Below are positions 10,252 through 20,525 of a stretch of DNA of 64,000 nucleotides, piece by piece. Positions within the stretch are counted from its first letter, which is position 1, and every line of letters starts with the position of its first letter. The DNA comes from Gammaproteobacteria bacterium (GTDB lineage Bacteria > Pseudomonadota > Gammaproteobacteria > Eutrophobiales > Eutrophobiaceae), in the NCBI GenBank assembly GCA_041984885.1, contig JBHIXH010000001.1:50365-114364 (forward strand), in the 5' to 3' direction. The notes under the pieces were generated by a model, which had not been told where the DNA came from, made no database searches, and saw nothing but the letters and a program-made list of their open reading frames with translations. The position numbers and the translations under genes are program-made.

Positions 10252-12306
10252 CTATCCGTCGTCATCTGCCCCCGGTTGATAGGCACTGGCCAGTTCCTGC
10301 TGCGTCTTTGCCGGGACCGGGTCGTAATGACTAAACGCGATCGAATAACTGCCGGTGCCACCGGTGATCGATTTCAATTGCGTCTGGTATTGGTCGAGTT
10401 CACTTAATGGCACCTGGCCCTGGATCTGCGTGGTACGGGCAGACAGGGTGCGGGTATCGTTGATGCGGCCGCGTTTGCCGGACAGGTCTGCCGTGATATC
10501 GCCCATGGTTTCGCCGGGGATGACGATCGTGATTTCGACAATCGGTTCCAGCACAACCGGTTTTGCCCGGGAGACCGCATCGAGGAATGCCTTTTTCCCG
10601 GCCGCTACAAACGCGACTTCCTTTGAATCTACCGCATGATGTTTTCCATCATAAATACGCACACGGATATCGCTGAGAGGAAACCCGGCCAGCGCACCTG
10701 ACTCCATCGCCTGATGTATGCCTTTTTCAACCGCCGGAATAAACTGCTTTGGAATAACGCCACCGACAATCTCATCGACGAATTCAAAACCGCTGCCGCG
10801 CTCCAGCGGTTCTATCTTTAAATACACTTCGCCGAACTGACCGGCACCGCCGGATTGCTTTTTATGTTTATGATGGCCCTCTGCTGCACGCGTGATTGTC
10901 TCACGATATTCAATCCGCGGCGGGCGCGTCTCAACGTCAATATGATAAACGTCGTTCAGTTTTTCCAGGATCATGCGCAGATGGTATTCGCCGAGTCCGC
11001 GAATCACGGTCTCGTTTGTATTCGTATTATGTTCGACGCTGAAACTGGGATCTTCCGCTTCCAGTTTTTTCAGTGCATCGGAAATCTTTTGCTCATCACC
11101 GCGACTCTTTGTCTGGATCGCCAGGCCGAACATCGGCGCCGGCAGTTGTACCGGTTTCATATGAAAGTGGTCTTCTTCATGTGAATCATGCAATACGGAT
11201 TCGAATTCGATCTCATCCACTTTCGCCACTGCACAGATATCGCCGGGAATACCCACGTCGGTTTCCCGGGTCTCCTTGCCCTGCAGCTTCAACAGGTGTC
11301 CGACCTTGAAGGGCTTGCGCGCATCACCGATAAATAATTGTGTGTCTTTATTTATTTTGCCCTGGTGGATACGAAACACGCCGAGTCGACCGACAAACGG
11401 GTCAATCGATACCTTGAACACATGCGCCAATGCGTGCGCATCGGCCTCCGGTGAAATTTCTATCGTCGTCGCCTTTTCACCCTCACCTTTCAGGAACCGT
11501 GGCGGGTTACCTTCAAACGGTGTTGGCATCAGGCGGGCAAAAATATCGAGTAACTGATCGATGCCGGCACCACTGGTCGCCGAGACGAAACACACCGGCA
11601 CCAGGTGCTGCTCGCGCAATGCCTGTTCAAACGGATCATGTAGTTGTTCCGGGCTGATCGCCTGTCCCTGCTCGAGATAGACCTCCATCAGGCTTTCGTC
11701 CAGTTCGATGACCTGATCGAGTATTTCTGTGTGCGCCTGTTCAACGCTGGAAAAGTCCGTCTGTCCGCCACTTGGCTGAAAAAAACAGTCGACTACTTCT
11801 TTACCGTTACTCGCAGGCAGATTCAGCGGCAAACATTCCGGTCCAAATGTATTGCGGATGTCTTCCAGCAGCGCAGGCAGGTCAACATTCTCGGCATCGA
11901 TCTTGTTAATTATGATCAGACGATCGAGTCTTCGATCCTTCGCCACCTGCATCATTTTCTGCGCGACCATCTCGATACCGTTTTGCGCATTGATTACGAC
12001 GGCACAGGTCTCGACCGCTTCCAGCACGGACAATGCCTTACCGAGAAAATCGGGATAGCCGGGAGTGTCGATCAGATTCACATGCCCGCCGTGGTAATCC
12101 ATGCTGACGATGGCGCTGTCGATTGAATGTCCGTGCTTCTTCTCCTGGGCATCGAAATCGCAGACCGTCGTGCCTTTTTCGACCGAGCCCTCGACACCAA
12201 TCGCACCGGAGTGCTGCAACAGTGTTTCAATCAGCGTGGTTTTGCCGGCACCGCCCTGGCCCGTCAAAGCGATATTGCGGATGTCTTCAGTGGAATACGC
12301 TGTCAT
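10252..12306 (-). CDS. Elongation factor G-like GTPase (EF-G paralog)
   Basis: G1 motif TGQGGAGKTTL, DTPGYPDF and NKID GTPase motifs, and EF-G domain IV/V-like C-terminus. The longer ORF runs to 12351; the Met at 12306 (MTAYSTEDIRNIAL) follows a GGGGGAAG Shine-Dalgarno-like stretch. Confidence 0.8.
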   Translation of the reverse strand: MTAYSTEDIRNIALTGQGGAGKTTLIETLLQHSGAIGVEGSVEKGTTVCDFDAQEKKHGHSIDSAIVSMDYHGGHVNLIDTPGYPDFLGKALSVLEAVETCAVVINAQNGIEMVAQKMMQVAKDRRLDRLIIINKIDAENVDLPALLEDIRNTFGPECLPLNLPASNGKEVVDCFFQPSGGQTDFSSVEQAHTEILDQVIELDESLMEVYLEQGQAISPEQLHDPFEQALREQHLVPVCFVSATSGAGIDQLLDIFARLMPTPFEGNPPRFLKGEGEKATTIEISPEADAHALAHVFKVSIDPFVGRLGVFRIHQGKINKDTQLFIGDARKPFKVGHLLKLQGKETRETDVGIPGDICAVAKVDEIEFESVLHDSHEEDHFHMKPVQLPAPMFGLAIQTKSRGDEQKISDALKKLEAEDPSFSVEHNTNTNETVIRGLGEYHLRMILEKLNDVYHIDVETRPPRIEYRETITRAAEGHHKHKKQSGGAGQFGEVYLKIEPLERGSGFEFVDEIVGGVIPKQFIPAVEKGIHQAMESGALAGFPLSDIRVRIYDGKHHAVDSKEVAFVAAGKKAFLDAVSRAKPVVLEPIVEITIVIPGETMGDITADLSGKRGRINDTRTLSARTTQIQGQVPLSELDQYQTQLKSITGGTGSYSIAFSHYDPVPAKTQQELASAYQPGADDDG

Positions 12307-12459
12307 AGCTTCCCCCTGCCTTGTTGTTGTTATTTGCACGGCCAATGACATGGAGACACTGACCGAGATTTTCAGCGTCTACATAGATTATGGAAGATCA
12401 GCCCAGCGCTTGCATCCTTGCGCTGCAATGAAATGATAAAAAGTGCTTATGTATTCAGT

Positions 12460-12678
12460 TTAGACGTAACGCGCGATCAGGGCTCGTCCCTTGCGCGTTA
12501 ACATTCCATTATCGTCGACCAGGCCCATTTCCGTTGCCTTGTCGAGTAAGCGGTGGGTCAGGTTTCTCGGCACATACATCAAGCCGGCACCGAATCGATT
12601 TTCGAGCACGGCGGCAATCTGGTGTTCCTGCACCAATGTGTTTTGTTTTTCCTCTGAATGGGAAACGGCAGTGGCCAC
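12460..12678 (-). CDS. Small hypothetical protein (72 aa)
   Basis: Intact ORF with plausible coding composition. No family recognised with confidence. Confidence 0.35.
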   Translation of the reverse strand: MATAVSHSEEKQNTLVQEHQIAAVLENRFGAGLMYVPRNLTHRLLDKATEMGLVDDNGMLTRKGRALIARYV

Positions 12679-12874
12679 GATGGTTTCCTTTTACTACTTT
12701 TTAATTTTAAAAATAAATATATACACTTATATAGAAGATATAATCTTCAACGTCAAGTTTTAGCACTATTTTACTGAAATAAAATGAAATAGTGTTCGAA
12801 CCGGCAGCGACACATAAGCCTACTGAATATTCGACCGGATCCGCCCGGATCTGTTCAGGAAATTGCCGACAAAT

Positions 12875-13972
12875 TCAGGGTAAATGCTGGCGCGCCAGAT
12901 AGTCGTGCGTCGCCATCTCGTTCAAACGGCTTATCGTCCGTTTGAAACTTTTCCTGATTTTATTTCCCTGGTAGAGCTGACTGGCCGTGGTTTCGGCGGT
13001 GATGATCAATTTGACATTATGATCATAAAACTCATCCACCAGTGTCATAAAGCGTTTGACCATATCGACTTCATCGTCCGTCATCACCGGTACGGCCTCG
13101 ATTAACACGGTATGAAAGATACGCGCAATCTCGATGTAATCGGCTGCCCCGCGTGGTCCATCACAGATGGCATTGAATTCAAACCAGACGACCCCGCCAG
13201 CGACACGCACCGCCGTGATTTCACGCCGCTCGATGTTTAACGTGTTGGCTTCGTCTCTTGCTTCCAGCGACATGTGCTGGAAATGTTCGTGCAGGACCTT
13301 GTTGGCGTTGGCGTCTAGCGGACAGTGATAGATCTCGGCGTGATCCAGGTATTGCAAACGGTAGTCAATTCCGGAATCAATATTGACGACTTCAGTAAAC
13401 GTCTTGATCAATTCGATCGCCGGTAAAAATCGCTGTCGTTGCAGGCCATCGGCGTACAGTTGATCCGGGTGTTCATTGGATGTGGTGACCAGGGTGACAC
13501 CTCGCTTAAACAACGCCTCAAGCAAACCGGCCAGGATCATCGCGTCAGTGATATCGGCAACATGAAATTCATCGAAACAAATAACAGTATTTTCAGCAGC
13601 GATTGAGTCGGCGACAGTGACCAGCGGGTTTTCAATGTCATCCAGCTGGCGCAACTGTTCATGCACCATCTGCATGAAACGATGAAAGTGCATGCGCATC
13701 TTGTCATCAAATGGCAGCGATTCAAAAAACAAATCCATCAGGAACGTCTTGCCGCGGCCAACGCCACCCCAGAAATAATAACCACGAACCGGCTTGTGGC
13801 CGTTACCGAGGAAGCGTGCCCTTAACCTGTTCACAAATGAGTTTTTTTCAGCAATACGCAGAATCAACTGATCATGCAATTGCTGTAGCTGTGCCACGGC
13901 CTGCTTCTGCATGACATCCGGTTGAATGTTATTTTCTTCCAGTGCCTGGGCGTAAAGTTGTTTTGGAGTCAT
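12875..13972 (-). CDS. zapE: Cell division protein ZapE (AFG1-like ATPase)
   Basis: The Walker A context YFWGGVGRGKTFLMD and the overall AFG1/YhcM-like sequence. Confidence 0.85.
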   Translation of the reverse strand: MTPKQLYAQALEENNIQPDVMQKQAVAQLQQLHDQLILRIAEKNSFVNRLRARFLGNGHKPVRGYYFWGGVGRGKTFLMDLFFESLPFDDKMRMHFHRFMQMVHEQLRQLDDIENPLVTVADSIAAENTVICFDEFHVADITDAMILAGLLEALFKRGVTLVTTSNEHPDQLYADGLQRQRFLPAIELIKTFTEVVNIDSGIDYRLQYLDHAEIYHCPLDANANKVLHEHFQHMSLEARDEANTLNIERREITAVRVAGGVVWFEFNAICDGPRGAADYIEIARIFHTVLIEAVPVMTDDEVDMVKRFMTLVDEFYDHNVKLIITAETTASQLYQGNKIRKSFKRTISRLNEMATHDYLARQHLP

Positions 13973-14052
13973 TATTGGTTGTTTTCAATGCAGCACAGCG
14001 ATCCCATATACTATGTGTGCATGCTACACCGTGTAAACGATCTGTCCTCAAT

Positions 14053-14739
14053 ATGACATTACTTTTTATTGGCCTGACGCTGCTGATTCTGATCTTTGGC
14101 CCGCAACTGTGGTGCAGCCAGGTAATGAAAAAGTACGCGATTGAAATTGATAGCCTGCCCGGTAGCGGTGGCGAACTGGCTGAACATCTGGTATCGCGTC
14201 TGCAACTGCAACAGGTCGGCGTGCAAATGACAGACAACGGCCAGGACCATTATGATCCTATCAGCAAGACCGTCCGTCTCGGAGAAAATAATTTTGAGCA
14301 AAAATCACTGACCGCGATCGCCGTTGCCGCGCATGAAGTCGGGCATGCGTTACAGCATCATCTGGATTACAAACCTTTAACCATTCGCACACGGCTGGCC
14401 GGTGGAGTCGCCATTATAGAAAAACTGGCCTCGGCCATACTGGTCAGTTTCCCGTTTTTACTCCTGCTGACAAAATCGCACTGGATCAGCCTGCTGATTT
14501 TTACAGCGGGCATGAGCCTGATGCTGTTGCCGGTGCTGATGCACTTGATCACGTTGCCGGTGGAACTGGATGCCAGTTTTCAACGGGCCCTGCCCATACT
14601 TGAAGCCGGTCAGTATCTGCCGGCATCAGCCATGCCGATCGTGAAACGAATTCTGACAGCCGCGGCATTAACGTATGTCGCCGGTTCACTGGCGAGCCTG
14701 TTAAATTTTTATCGCTGGATGGCGATACTGCGACGCTAG
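14053..14739 (+). CDS. Putative membrane zinc metallopeptidase (YugP/Zn_peptidase_2-like)
   Basis: HEVGH zinc-binding motif and two hydrophobic segments. The start is set at the ATG at 14053 (MTLLFIG), downstream of the zapE end on the other strand. The longer ORF from 13942 is probably spurious. Confidence 0.65.
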   Translation: MTLLFIGLTLLILIFGPQLWCSQVMKKYAIEIDSLPGSGGELAEHLVSRLQLQQVGVQMTDNGQDHYDPISKTVRLGENNFEQKSLTAIAVAAHEVGHALQHHLDYKPLTIRTRLAGGVAIIEKLASAILVSFPFLLLLTKSHWISLLIFTAGMSLMLLPVLMHLITLPVELDASFQRALPILEAGQYLPASAMPIVKRILTAAALTYVAGSLASLLNFYRWMAILRR

Positions 14740-14747
14740 AAAACCGG

Positions 14748-15821
14748 CTAGAACAAGGTTTGTTGCTGCCCGGACAGAACCGGCCTGGTGAACAGGTCCG
14801 TAGTCAGCGTGGTCTTTTGCCTGTTCAGCTTGTGTTTATTGCACGCAATCCGAAAACGTTGTCGAATCACGTCGGCAAACTCACCGGTGCCCGTCTGACG
14901 CTGACTGAAATCCGCGTCATAATCCTTGCCGTTACGCATCGCATTCAAATTGTGCATCACGTGTTCGTATTTCAATGGTACAAACTCTTTCAGCCAGCTA
15001 CGAAATAATGGCTGCACTTCATGTGGCAGGCGTAACAATACGTAGCCGGCACGGCTGGCCCCTGCTGCGCTGGCGCTTTGTAACACTGACTCCATTTCCG
15101 TGTCATTCAACACCGGGATGACCGGGGCGAACATGACACCAACCGGCACTCCGGCTGCGCTTAATTGCCTGACCGTACGCAGGCGTTTGGCCGGTGCGGC
15201 AGCACGCGGTTCCATTTGTCTGGCCAGGTGCGCATCCAGCGTCGTAATTGAAATCATGACTTCCACCAGGCCTTGCTTCGCCATCGGTTGCAGAATATCC
15301 AGGTCACGTAGCACGAGTGCCGATTTCGTCACGATGGTTAAGGGATGATGGCTTGCCTGCAACACCTGTAATATCTCACGCATGACCTGGTATTGCTTTT
15401 CGATCGGTTGATACGGATCGGTATTTGCGCCTAGCGCGATCGGCGAACAGACATAATTTTCCGCAGCCAACTCCTGTTTCAATAACGTCGCCGCATTCTT
15501 TTTGACAAACAGCCGGGTCTCGAAATCTATGCCGGGAGATAAATCCATGTAGGCGTGTGCCGGTCGGGCATAACAATACGTGCAGCCATGCTCGCAACCA
15601 CGATACGGATTAATCGATTGCGTGAACGGGATATCCGGTGATTGATTACGCGAAATGATGGTCTTGCTGTGCTCTTCCAGCACCGTCGTTTGCAACCGGT
15701 TGTCTTCCGGTTCCTGCCACCAGCCATCGTCGGTATCTTCGCGGGTTTCTGCCGCAAAACGTGGTTCGATCCAGCGCTGTTGTCCCCGGCCCTGTGCCCG
15801 TTTTTCGGTCAGTGTTTTCAT
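14748..15821 (-). CDS. Radical SAM protein, PA0069/SplB-like family
   Basis: CEHGCTYCY (CxxxCxxC) radical-SAM cluster motif. Typical ~350-aa DNA-repair-photolyase-like architecture. Confidence 0.75.
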   Translation of the reverse strand: MKTLTEKRAQGRGQQRWIEPRFAAETREDTDDGWWQEPEDNRLQTTVLEEHSKTIISRNQSPDIPFTQSINPYRGCEHGCTYCYARPAHAYMDLSPGIDFETRLFVKKNAATLLKQELAAENYVCSPIALGANTDPYQPIEKQYQVMREILQVLQASHHPLTIVTKSALVLRDLDILQPMAKQGLVEVMISITTLDAHLARQMEPRAAAPAKRLRTVRQLSAAGVPVGVMFAPVIPVLNDTEMESVLQSASAAGASRAGYVLLRLPHEVQPLFRSWLKEFVPLKYEHVMHNLNAMRNGKDYDADFSQRQTGTGEFADVIRQRFRIACNKHKLNRQKTTLTTDLFTRPVLSGQQQTLF

Positions 15822-15892
15822 GGTGTGATTCTAGCATTTGCGCCGGAATCAGGCTGGCTGAAGCGCCTCGAATAACGTAATATCATGAACTC

Positions 15893-17215
15893 GTGGAAAT
15901 CAGCGCTCTTGTCAACCTCATCAGCCAGTTTGCGCTGCCTGTCCTGCCGTTTCTCCTGCTCTGGTTACTCTATCTTCTGAAACAGCGTTCCGCTGATCGT
16001 GTGGCACTGGAATCGCTGCAGGCAGACGTTCAGCAATTATCGGAACGTGCGATGCTTGCTGAACAACAGGAAAAAGATTCACGCCAGCATATCACTGATC
16101 TGATCCTGAACCTGATGCAAAAGCAGTTGAGTCAGTCTGCCGAACTGCGTGAACAGCTGCACATATTACTGAGTGAACATCGTACCGGCTTTGAAAAACG
16201 CCAGACCGAGGCGATCCAGTCGTTGAATGAAACGATTCAGAACGGCATGAGCCATACGCAGAAACAGATCCATACCAATCTTGATCACAATATCGAACAA
16301 CTCGGCAAGCGCGTTAATGAGCTGACACAGAAAACCGAACAACGCCTGCAAGAGATCGGTGGCCTGGTGGAAAAACGTCTCGACGAGGGCTTCAAGAAAA
16401 CCACCGAAACATTTACCGACATTGTGAAACGCCTCGCACTGATCGATGAGGCACAGAAGAAGATCACCGAGTTATCGACGAACGTCGTCAGCCTGCAGGA
16501 GATCCTAGCCGACAAACGCTCACGGGGTGCGTTCGGTGAGGTGCAGTTAAATGCCCTGATCGCAAATGTCATGCCGGACAACAGTTATGCGATTCAGTAT
16601 GCATTACCGAATGGCAAGGTCGCCGACTGCGCGTTGTTCCTGCCGGAACCGACCGGTACGATAATCATTGACGCCAAGTTTCCGCTGGAATCGTACCGGG
16701 TCATGACCGACTTCTCCCTCGGTGAACTCGAACGCAAGGCGGCAGAGAAACAATTCAAACGCGACATTCAGAAGCACATTAGCGATATCGCTGAGAAATA
16801 CATAATCCCCGGCACCACCTCGGACGGCGCAGTCATGTTCATCCCGGCCGAATCGGTATTTGCCGAAATCCAGTCGCGTCATCCGGAACTGGTGGAATCA
16901 GCCCAGACAGCCCGCGTCTGGATGGTGTCACCAACCACGCTCTGGGCAACATTAAATACAGCGCGTGCCGTGCTAAAAGATGCAGAAACCCGTGAACAGG
17001 TCGATATCATCAAAGAGCACCTGGGGTATCTGTCGAAAGACTTCGACCGCTTTCAAACCCGCATGGATGACCTGGCGCGACATATCAAGCAGGCGCACGA
17101 CGACGTGGAAAAGGTCAATACATCGGCTCGCAAGATCAGTAATCGCTTTGACAAGATCGAAAAGCTGGAACTGGACGAGGCGCCGGCCGCATTACCGAAC
17201 GAGCAGAAAAAATAG
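15893..17215 (+). CDS. rmuC: DNA recombination protein RmuC
   Basis: N-terminal TM segment, long coiled-coil region and the conserved RmuC C-terminal nuclease-like domain (FGEVQL...VMFIPAES). Confidence 0.8.
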   Translation: MEISALVNLISQFALPVLPFLLLWLLYLLKQRSADRVALESLQADVQQLSERAMLAEQQEKDSRQHITDLILNLMQKQLSQSAELREQLHILLSEHRTGFEKRQTEAIQSLNETIQNGMSHTQKQIHTNLDHNIEQLGKRVNELTQKTEQRLQEIGGLVEKRLDEGFKKTTETFTDIVKRLALIDEAQKKITELSTNVVSLQEILADKRSRGAFGEVQLNALIANVMPDNSYAIQYALPNGKVADCALFLPEPTGTIIIDAKFPLESYRVMTDFSLGELERKAAEKQFKRDIQKHISDIAEKYIIPGTTSDGAVMFIPAESVFAEIQSRHPELVESAQTARVWMVSPTTLWATLNTARAVLKDAETREQVDIIKEHLGYLSKDFDRFQTRMDDLARHIKQAHDDVEKVNTSARKISNRFDKIEKLELDEAPAALPNEQKK

Positions 17216-17235
17216 AGGCACAGCTGTAAAGACAA

Positions 17236-18051
17236 ATGGGTTATAAACCACTGACCACGATTATCTTTGATATGGATGGTACGCTGGCGAATACGGAAGA
17301 ATTACACCGGCAGGCGTTCAACGAGGCATTCAGACAGTTTGATTTACCTGTTGAATGGGACGCCGGGCTGTATGCCGAACTGTTGGCGATATCCGGTGGT
17401 CGCCAGCGCATTCGACGTTACATTAAGGACAACAATATTTCCCATCCCGGCAAGCCGCTGGCGTTTGCACGTAAGGTGCATCAATGCAAATCCGAAATCT
17501 ATCGCGAGAAACTGAAGGCCGGACACTTGCCATTGCGTCGAGGCGTATTACGTTTGATCCGTGAGGCGCACAAACACAATATCCGGATGGGTATTGCCAC
17601 CAGTTCCTCGCTACAGAATGTGGAAACGCTGATCTCGACGACGCTCGGTAAACGTGGGCTCGATTATTTTGACACCATCGTCAGCTGTGATTTGCTGTCT
17701 GCACAGAAACCTTCTCCGGCTGCCTATCAATATGCTCTCGCTGCACTAGGCGCGAATCCGGAAAACTGTATTGCGATCGAGGACACGAGTAACGGTAACC
17801 GCGCTGCGCTGGCGGCCGGTGTTCGTACTATCATCACAACACATGAGTTTACGACCGACAGTGATTTTGCCGGGGCCTCGCTCGTCGTCGATGACCTTGG
17901 CGAACCGGAACATCATTTTCATATCGAGTCCGGTAATGCCTATGATCACCATTATGTTAATCTGGATTTAATGAAATCAATCCTGCAGGGCGAACCTTCT
18001 GAAAACGAATGCGCTGGTTGGCCAGTGGCTGCCGCCGGTATGTCATATTGA
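17236..18051 (+). CDS. HAD-IA family hydrolase (CbbY-like phosphatase)
   Basis: DMDGTL motif I at the N-terminus, with downstream HAD motifs. Confidence 0.75.
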   Translation: MGYKPLTTIIFDMDGTLANTEELHRQAFNEAFRQFDLPVEWDAGLYAELLAISGGRQRIRRYIKDNNISHPGKPLAFARKVHQCKSEIYREKLKAGHLPLRRGVLRLIREAHKHNIRMGIATSSSLQNVETLISTTLGKRGLDYFDTIVSCDLLSAQKPSPAAYQYALAALGANPENCIAIEDTSNGNRAALAAGVRTIITTHEFTTDSDFAGASLVVDDLGEPEHHFHIESGNAYDHHYVNLDLMKSILQGEPSENECAGWPVAAAGMSY

Positions 18052-18067
18052 TTAACCTTGACCCGTC

Positions 18068-18985
18068 ATGACTCTGACTGAACTACGTTACATCGTCGCT
18101 GTTGCCCGCGAAAGACATTTTGGTCGCGCCGCCGCCGCCTGCTTTGTCAGTCAACCGACGCTGAGCGTGGCCATCAAAAAACTCGAGGAACAACTCGATG
18201 TCATTTTATTTGAACGCTACAAGCACGATGTAAAAATCACACCCATCGGTACGCAGATCGTCGAACAGGCACAGCAGGTGCTGGAACAGGCGGAAAAGAT
18301 AAAAACGATTGCGAACGAGGCTAAAGATCCGCTTGGCGGTCAACTCCGACTCGGTGTGATCTACACCATCGGGCCTTATTTACTACCCAAACTCATCCCG
18401 GTACTGCACAAGGCAGCACCCAATCTGAAACTGTATATAGAGGAAAACTTCACCGAGAACCTTGCAGAACAGTTGAAACGGGGAGAACTGGATATTGTTA
18501 TCCTGTCGACGCCGTTTCACCTGGCCGGTACTGATTCACGCCACTTGTATAACGAGGATTTTCTTGTTGCGCTACCGGATAAACATCCGTTAGCCAGGAA
18601 GAAATCGGTAAAAGTCGATGACCTGTTTGACGAAACCCTGCTGTTGTTAAAAAAGGGGAATTGCTTTCGCGACCAGGTACTGGAAGCGTGTGCTTCGTGT
18701 ATGTCGAAAAACCTGTCGCGCGAACATATACAGGAAACGCTGGAAAGCAGTTCGATAGAAACGATTCGACAGATGGTTGCGGCCGGTTCCGGTGTCACCA
18801 TATTACCGGCGACGTCAGTGTACGAGGGACCGAACATGAAAAATCGACTGCACTACCTGCCTTTCAGCAAACCCGTACCCCAACGTGAGGTTGTGATGAT
18901 CTGGCGCAAATCCTGGCCGCGCGATAAATTGCTTGAACTTGTCGAGTCCTCCGTCGCCAGGATCAACCTGAAAGGCGTCAGCTGA
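18068..18985 (+). CDS. oxyR: LysR-family transcriptional regulator, OxyR-like
   Basis: The HTH (HFGRAAAACFVSQPTLS) and the segment GNCFRDQVLEACASC parallel the redox-active GHCLRDQ...C region of OxyR. Confidence 0.65.
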   Translation: MTLTELRYIVAVARERHFGRAAAACFVSQPTLSVAIKKLEEQLDVILFERYKHDVKITPIGTQIVEQAQQVLEQAEKIKTIANEAKDPLGGQLRLGVIYTIGPYLLPKLIPVLHKAAPNLKLYIEENFTENLAEQLKRGELDIVILSTPFHLAGTDSRHLYNEDFLVALPDKHPLARKKSVKVDDLFDETLLLLKKGNCFRDQVLEACASCMSKNLSREHIQETLESSSIETIRQMVAAGSGVTILPATSVYEGPNMKNRLHYLPFSKPVPQREVVMIWRKSWPRDKLLELVESSVARINLKGVS

Positions 18986-18987
18986 TT

Positions 18988-20364
18988 TTATTTAATCACC
19001 AGGAACGCAGCCGTGTTACCCCGTATCACACGCAGTAACAGCGAATCTTTAATCTGATTCACCGTTGTCAGAAATTCGTTCAGGTCGGCAATGTTTTTCC
19101 GGTTAACCGAGGTGATGATGTCGCCCTTGCGCAAACCGGCCTGCCAGGCAGGGCTGCCGCGTTGCACCTCTGCGATGATGACACCTTGCAACTGACCATG
19201 TAATGGATGGTTTGGATTGATGTCTCCAACAGCAACGCCGGCGAGTCGTTCGTTCTGAAATTCGTCCGGTCGCATTGCGGCCTCGCTCGCCTCAATTTCA
19301 ACCTTTACCTTGACCTTCTTCCCTTCACGTAACACATCAAACTCGACTTTTTCACCGACCGCCATCAAACCAATGCGATTGCGCAAATCACCGGAGTTCT
19401 TGATCTTGCGACCGTTCAAGCCGGTTATTATGTCGCCGGCCTGAAATCCGGCCGCCTGCGCGGGCGAATCGTCCAGCACACGATTGATGATGGCGCCCTG
19501 CTGGTTTTTCAAACCAAACGCGTCTGCCAGTTCCGGACTCAGATCCTGTGCCTGTACGCCCAGAAAGCCACGTTCGACTTCACCTTTCTCAATCAACTGT
19601 TCCATTATGTTTAATGCCAGCTTGACCGGGATCGCAAAACCGATGCCGATATTGCCACCGGACTGGGAAAAGATAGCGGTATTAATCCCGATCAACTCGC
19701 CGTTCAGATTAACCAGTGCGCCGCCGGAGTTACCGGGATTAATCGATGCATCGGTCTGGATAAAATCCTCGTAACCACCAATGTCGAGACCACTACGGCT
19801 GAGTGCACTGATGATGCCGGACGTCACAGTCTGGCCAAGTCCAAATGGATTACCAATCGCAACAGCGAAATCACCGACGCGTAATTTATCCGAATCGGCG
19901 GGCTTGATATCGGTCAGGTTTTCGGTCGGAACCTTGATAACGGCCACGTCGGTTTCCGGATCCGTGCCGACGAGTTCTGCATCCAGTTGTCTACCATCAC
20001 GCAGCGTGACCGTGATTTGATCGGCATTCGCTATCACGTGGTTATTGGTCAGGATAAGACCGCGTTTTGCATCCACAATCACACCGGAACCGAGACTTTG
20101 GGTTTTACGCTCGGTTGGCATGTTTGGCAGGTTAAAAAAATGTTTGAAGAACGGATCAGAGAACAACGGGTTTTGACGCATCTGCACCTTGCCCTCGGTC
20201 GCGATGTTAACGACGGCCGGGGTCACCCGCTCCAGCATCGGTGCCAGTGACGGTAATTTCTGATCATCTACCTGAACCGGCAATGCCGCCTTGGCAGTCA
20301 CCGGCATCAAAATTGAAAAACTGATTAGGAATAAATTCAGAAACGAGAGGATTGAACGCAGCAT
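18988..20364 (-). CDS. Periplasmic serine endoprotease, DegP/DegQ (HtrA) family with two PDZ domains
   Basis: Signal peptide. Catalytic triad context (TNNHV; DVAV; GNSGGAL) and two PDZ regions. Confidence 0.9.
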   Translation of the reverse strand: MLRSILSFLNLFLISFSILMPVTAKAALPVQVDDQKLPSLAPMLERVTPAVVNIATEGKVQMRQNPLFSDPFFKHFFNLPNMPTERKTQSLGSGVIVDAKRGLILTNNHVIANADQITVTLRDGRQLDAELVGTDPETDVAVIKVPTENLTDIKPADSDKLRVGDFAVAIGNPFGLGQTVTSGIISALSRSGLDIGGYEDFIQTDASINPGNSGGALVNLNGELIGINTAIFSQSGGNIGIGFAIPVKLALNIMEQLIEKGEVERGFLGVQAQDLSPELADAFGLKNQQGAIINRVLDDSPAQAAGFQAGDIITGLNGRKIKNSGDLRNRIGLMAVGEKVEFDVLREGKKVKVKVEIEASEAAMRPDEFQNERLAGVAVGDINPNHPLHGQLQGVIIAEVQRGSPAWQAGLRKGDIITSVNRKNIADLNEFLTTVNQIKDSLLLRVIRGNTAAFLVIK

Positions 20365-20482
20365 GTTGACTCCTGACTTTGCGTGTGCAGATTTTTTATT
20401 GGTTTACTGGCGGAACATTCAGTCGACAAATTATTTTTTATAAGAGACGAATCACTCCGGAAAAGTTCAAGTCCGGTCAGCC

Positions 20483-20512
20483 CAAAACAAGACAGGCGGG
20501 TTTACCGCCTGC
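20483..20512 (-). terminator. Rho-independent terminator downstream of the hsp20 gene
   Basis: Hairpin CAGGCGG-GTTTA-CCGCCTG (20493-20511). On the minus strand it is followed by a U-rich run (plus-strand AAAACAA at 20484-20490). Confidence 0.5.
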
Positions 20513-20525
20513 CTCTAATAGTATT

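Noticed and set aside
11644-12126. 160-aa + strand ORF inside the EF-G paralog
   Set aside because: Shadow ORF opposite a conserved GTPase gene.
13942-14052. Longer N-terminal extension of the zinc metallopeptidase ORF
   Set aside because: The extension would overlap the 3' end of zapE on the opposite strand and lacks a signal or TM-like start. The ATG at 14053 gives a typical membrane N-terminus.
20365-20480. Candidate sigma-E promoter upstream of degP/Q (GAACTT…TCTCT on the minus strand)
   Set aside because: Only a partial match to the GGAACTT-N16-TCTGA consensus. It is too weak to call.
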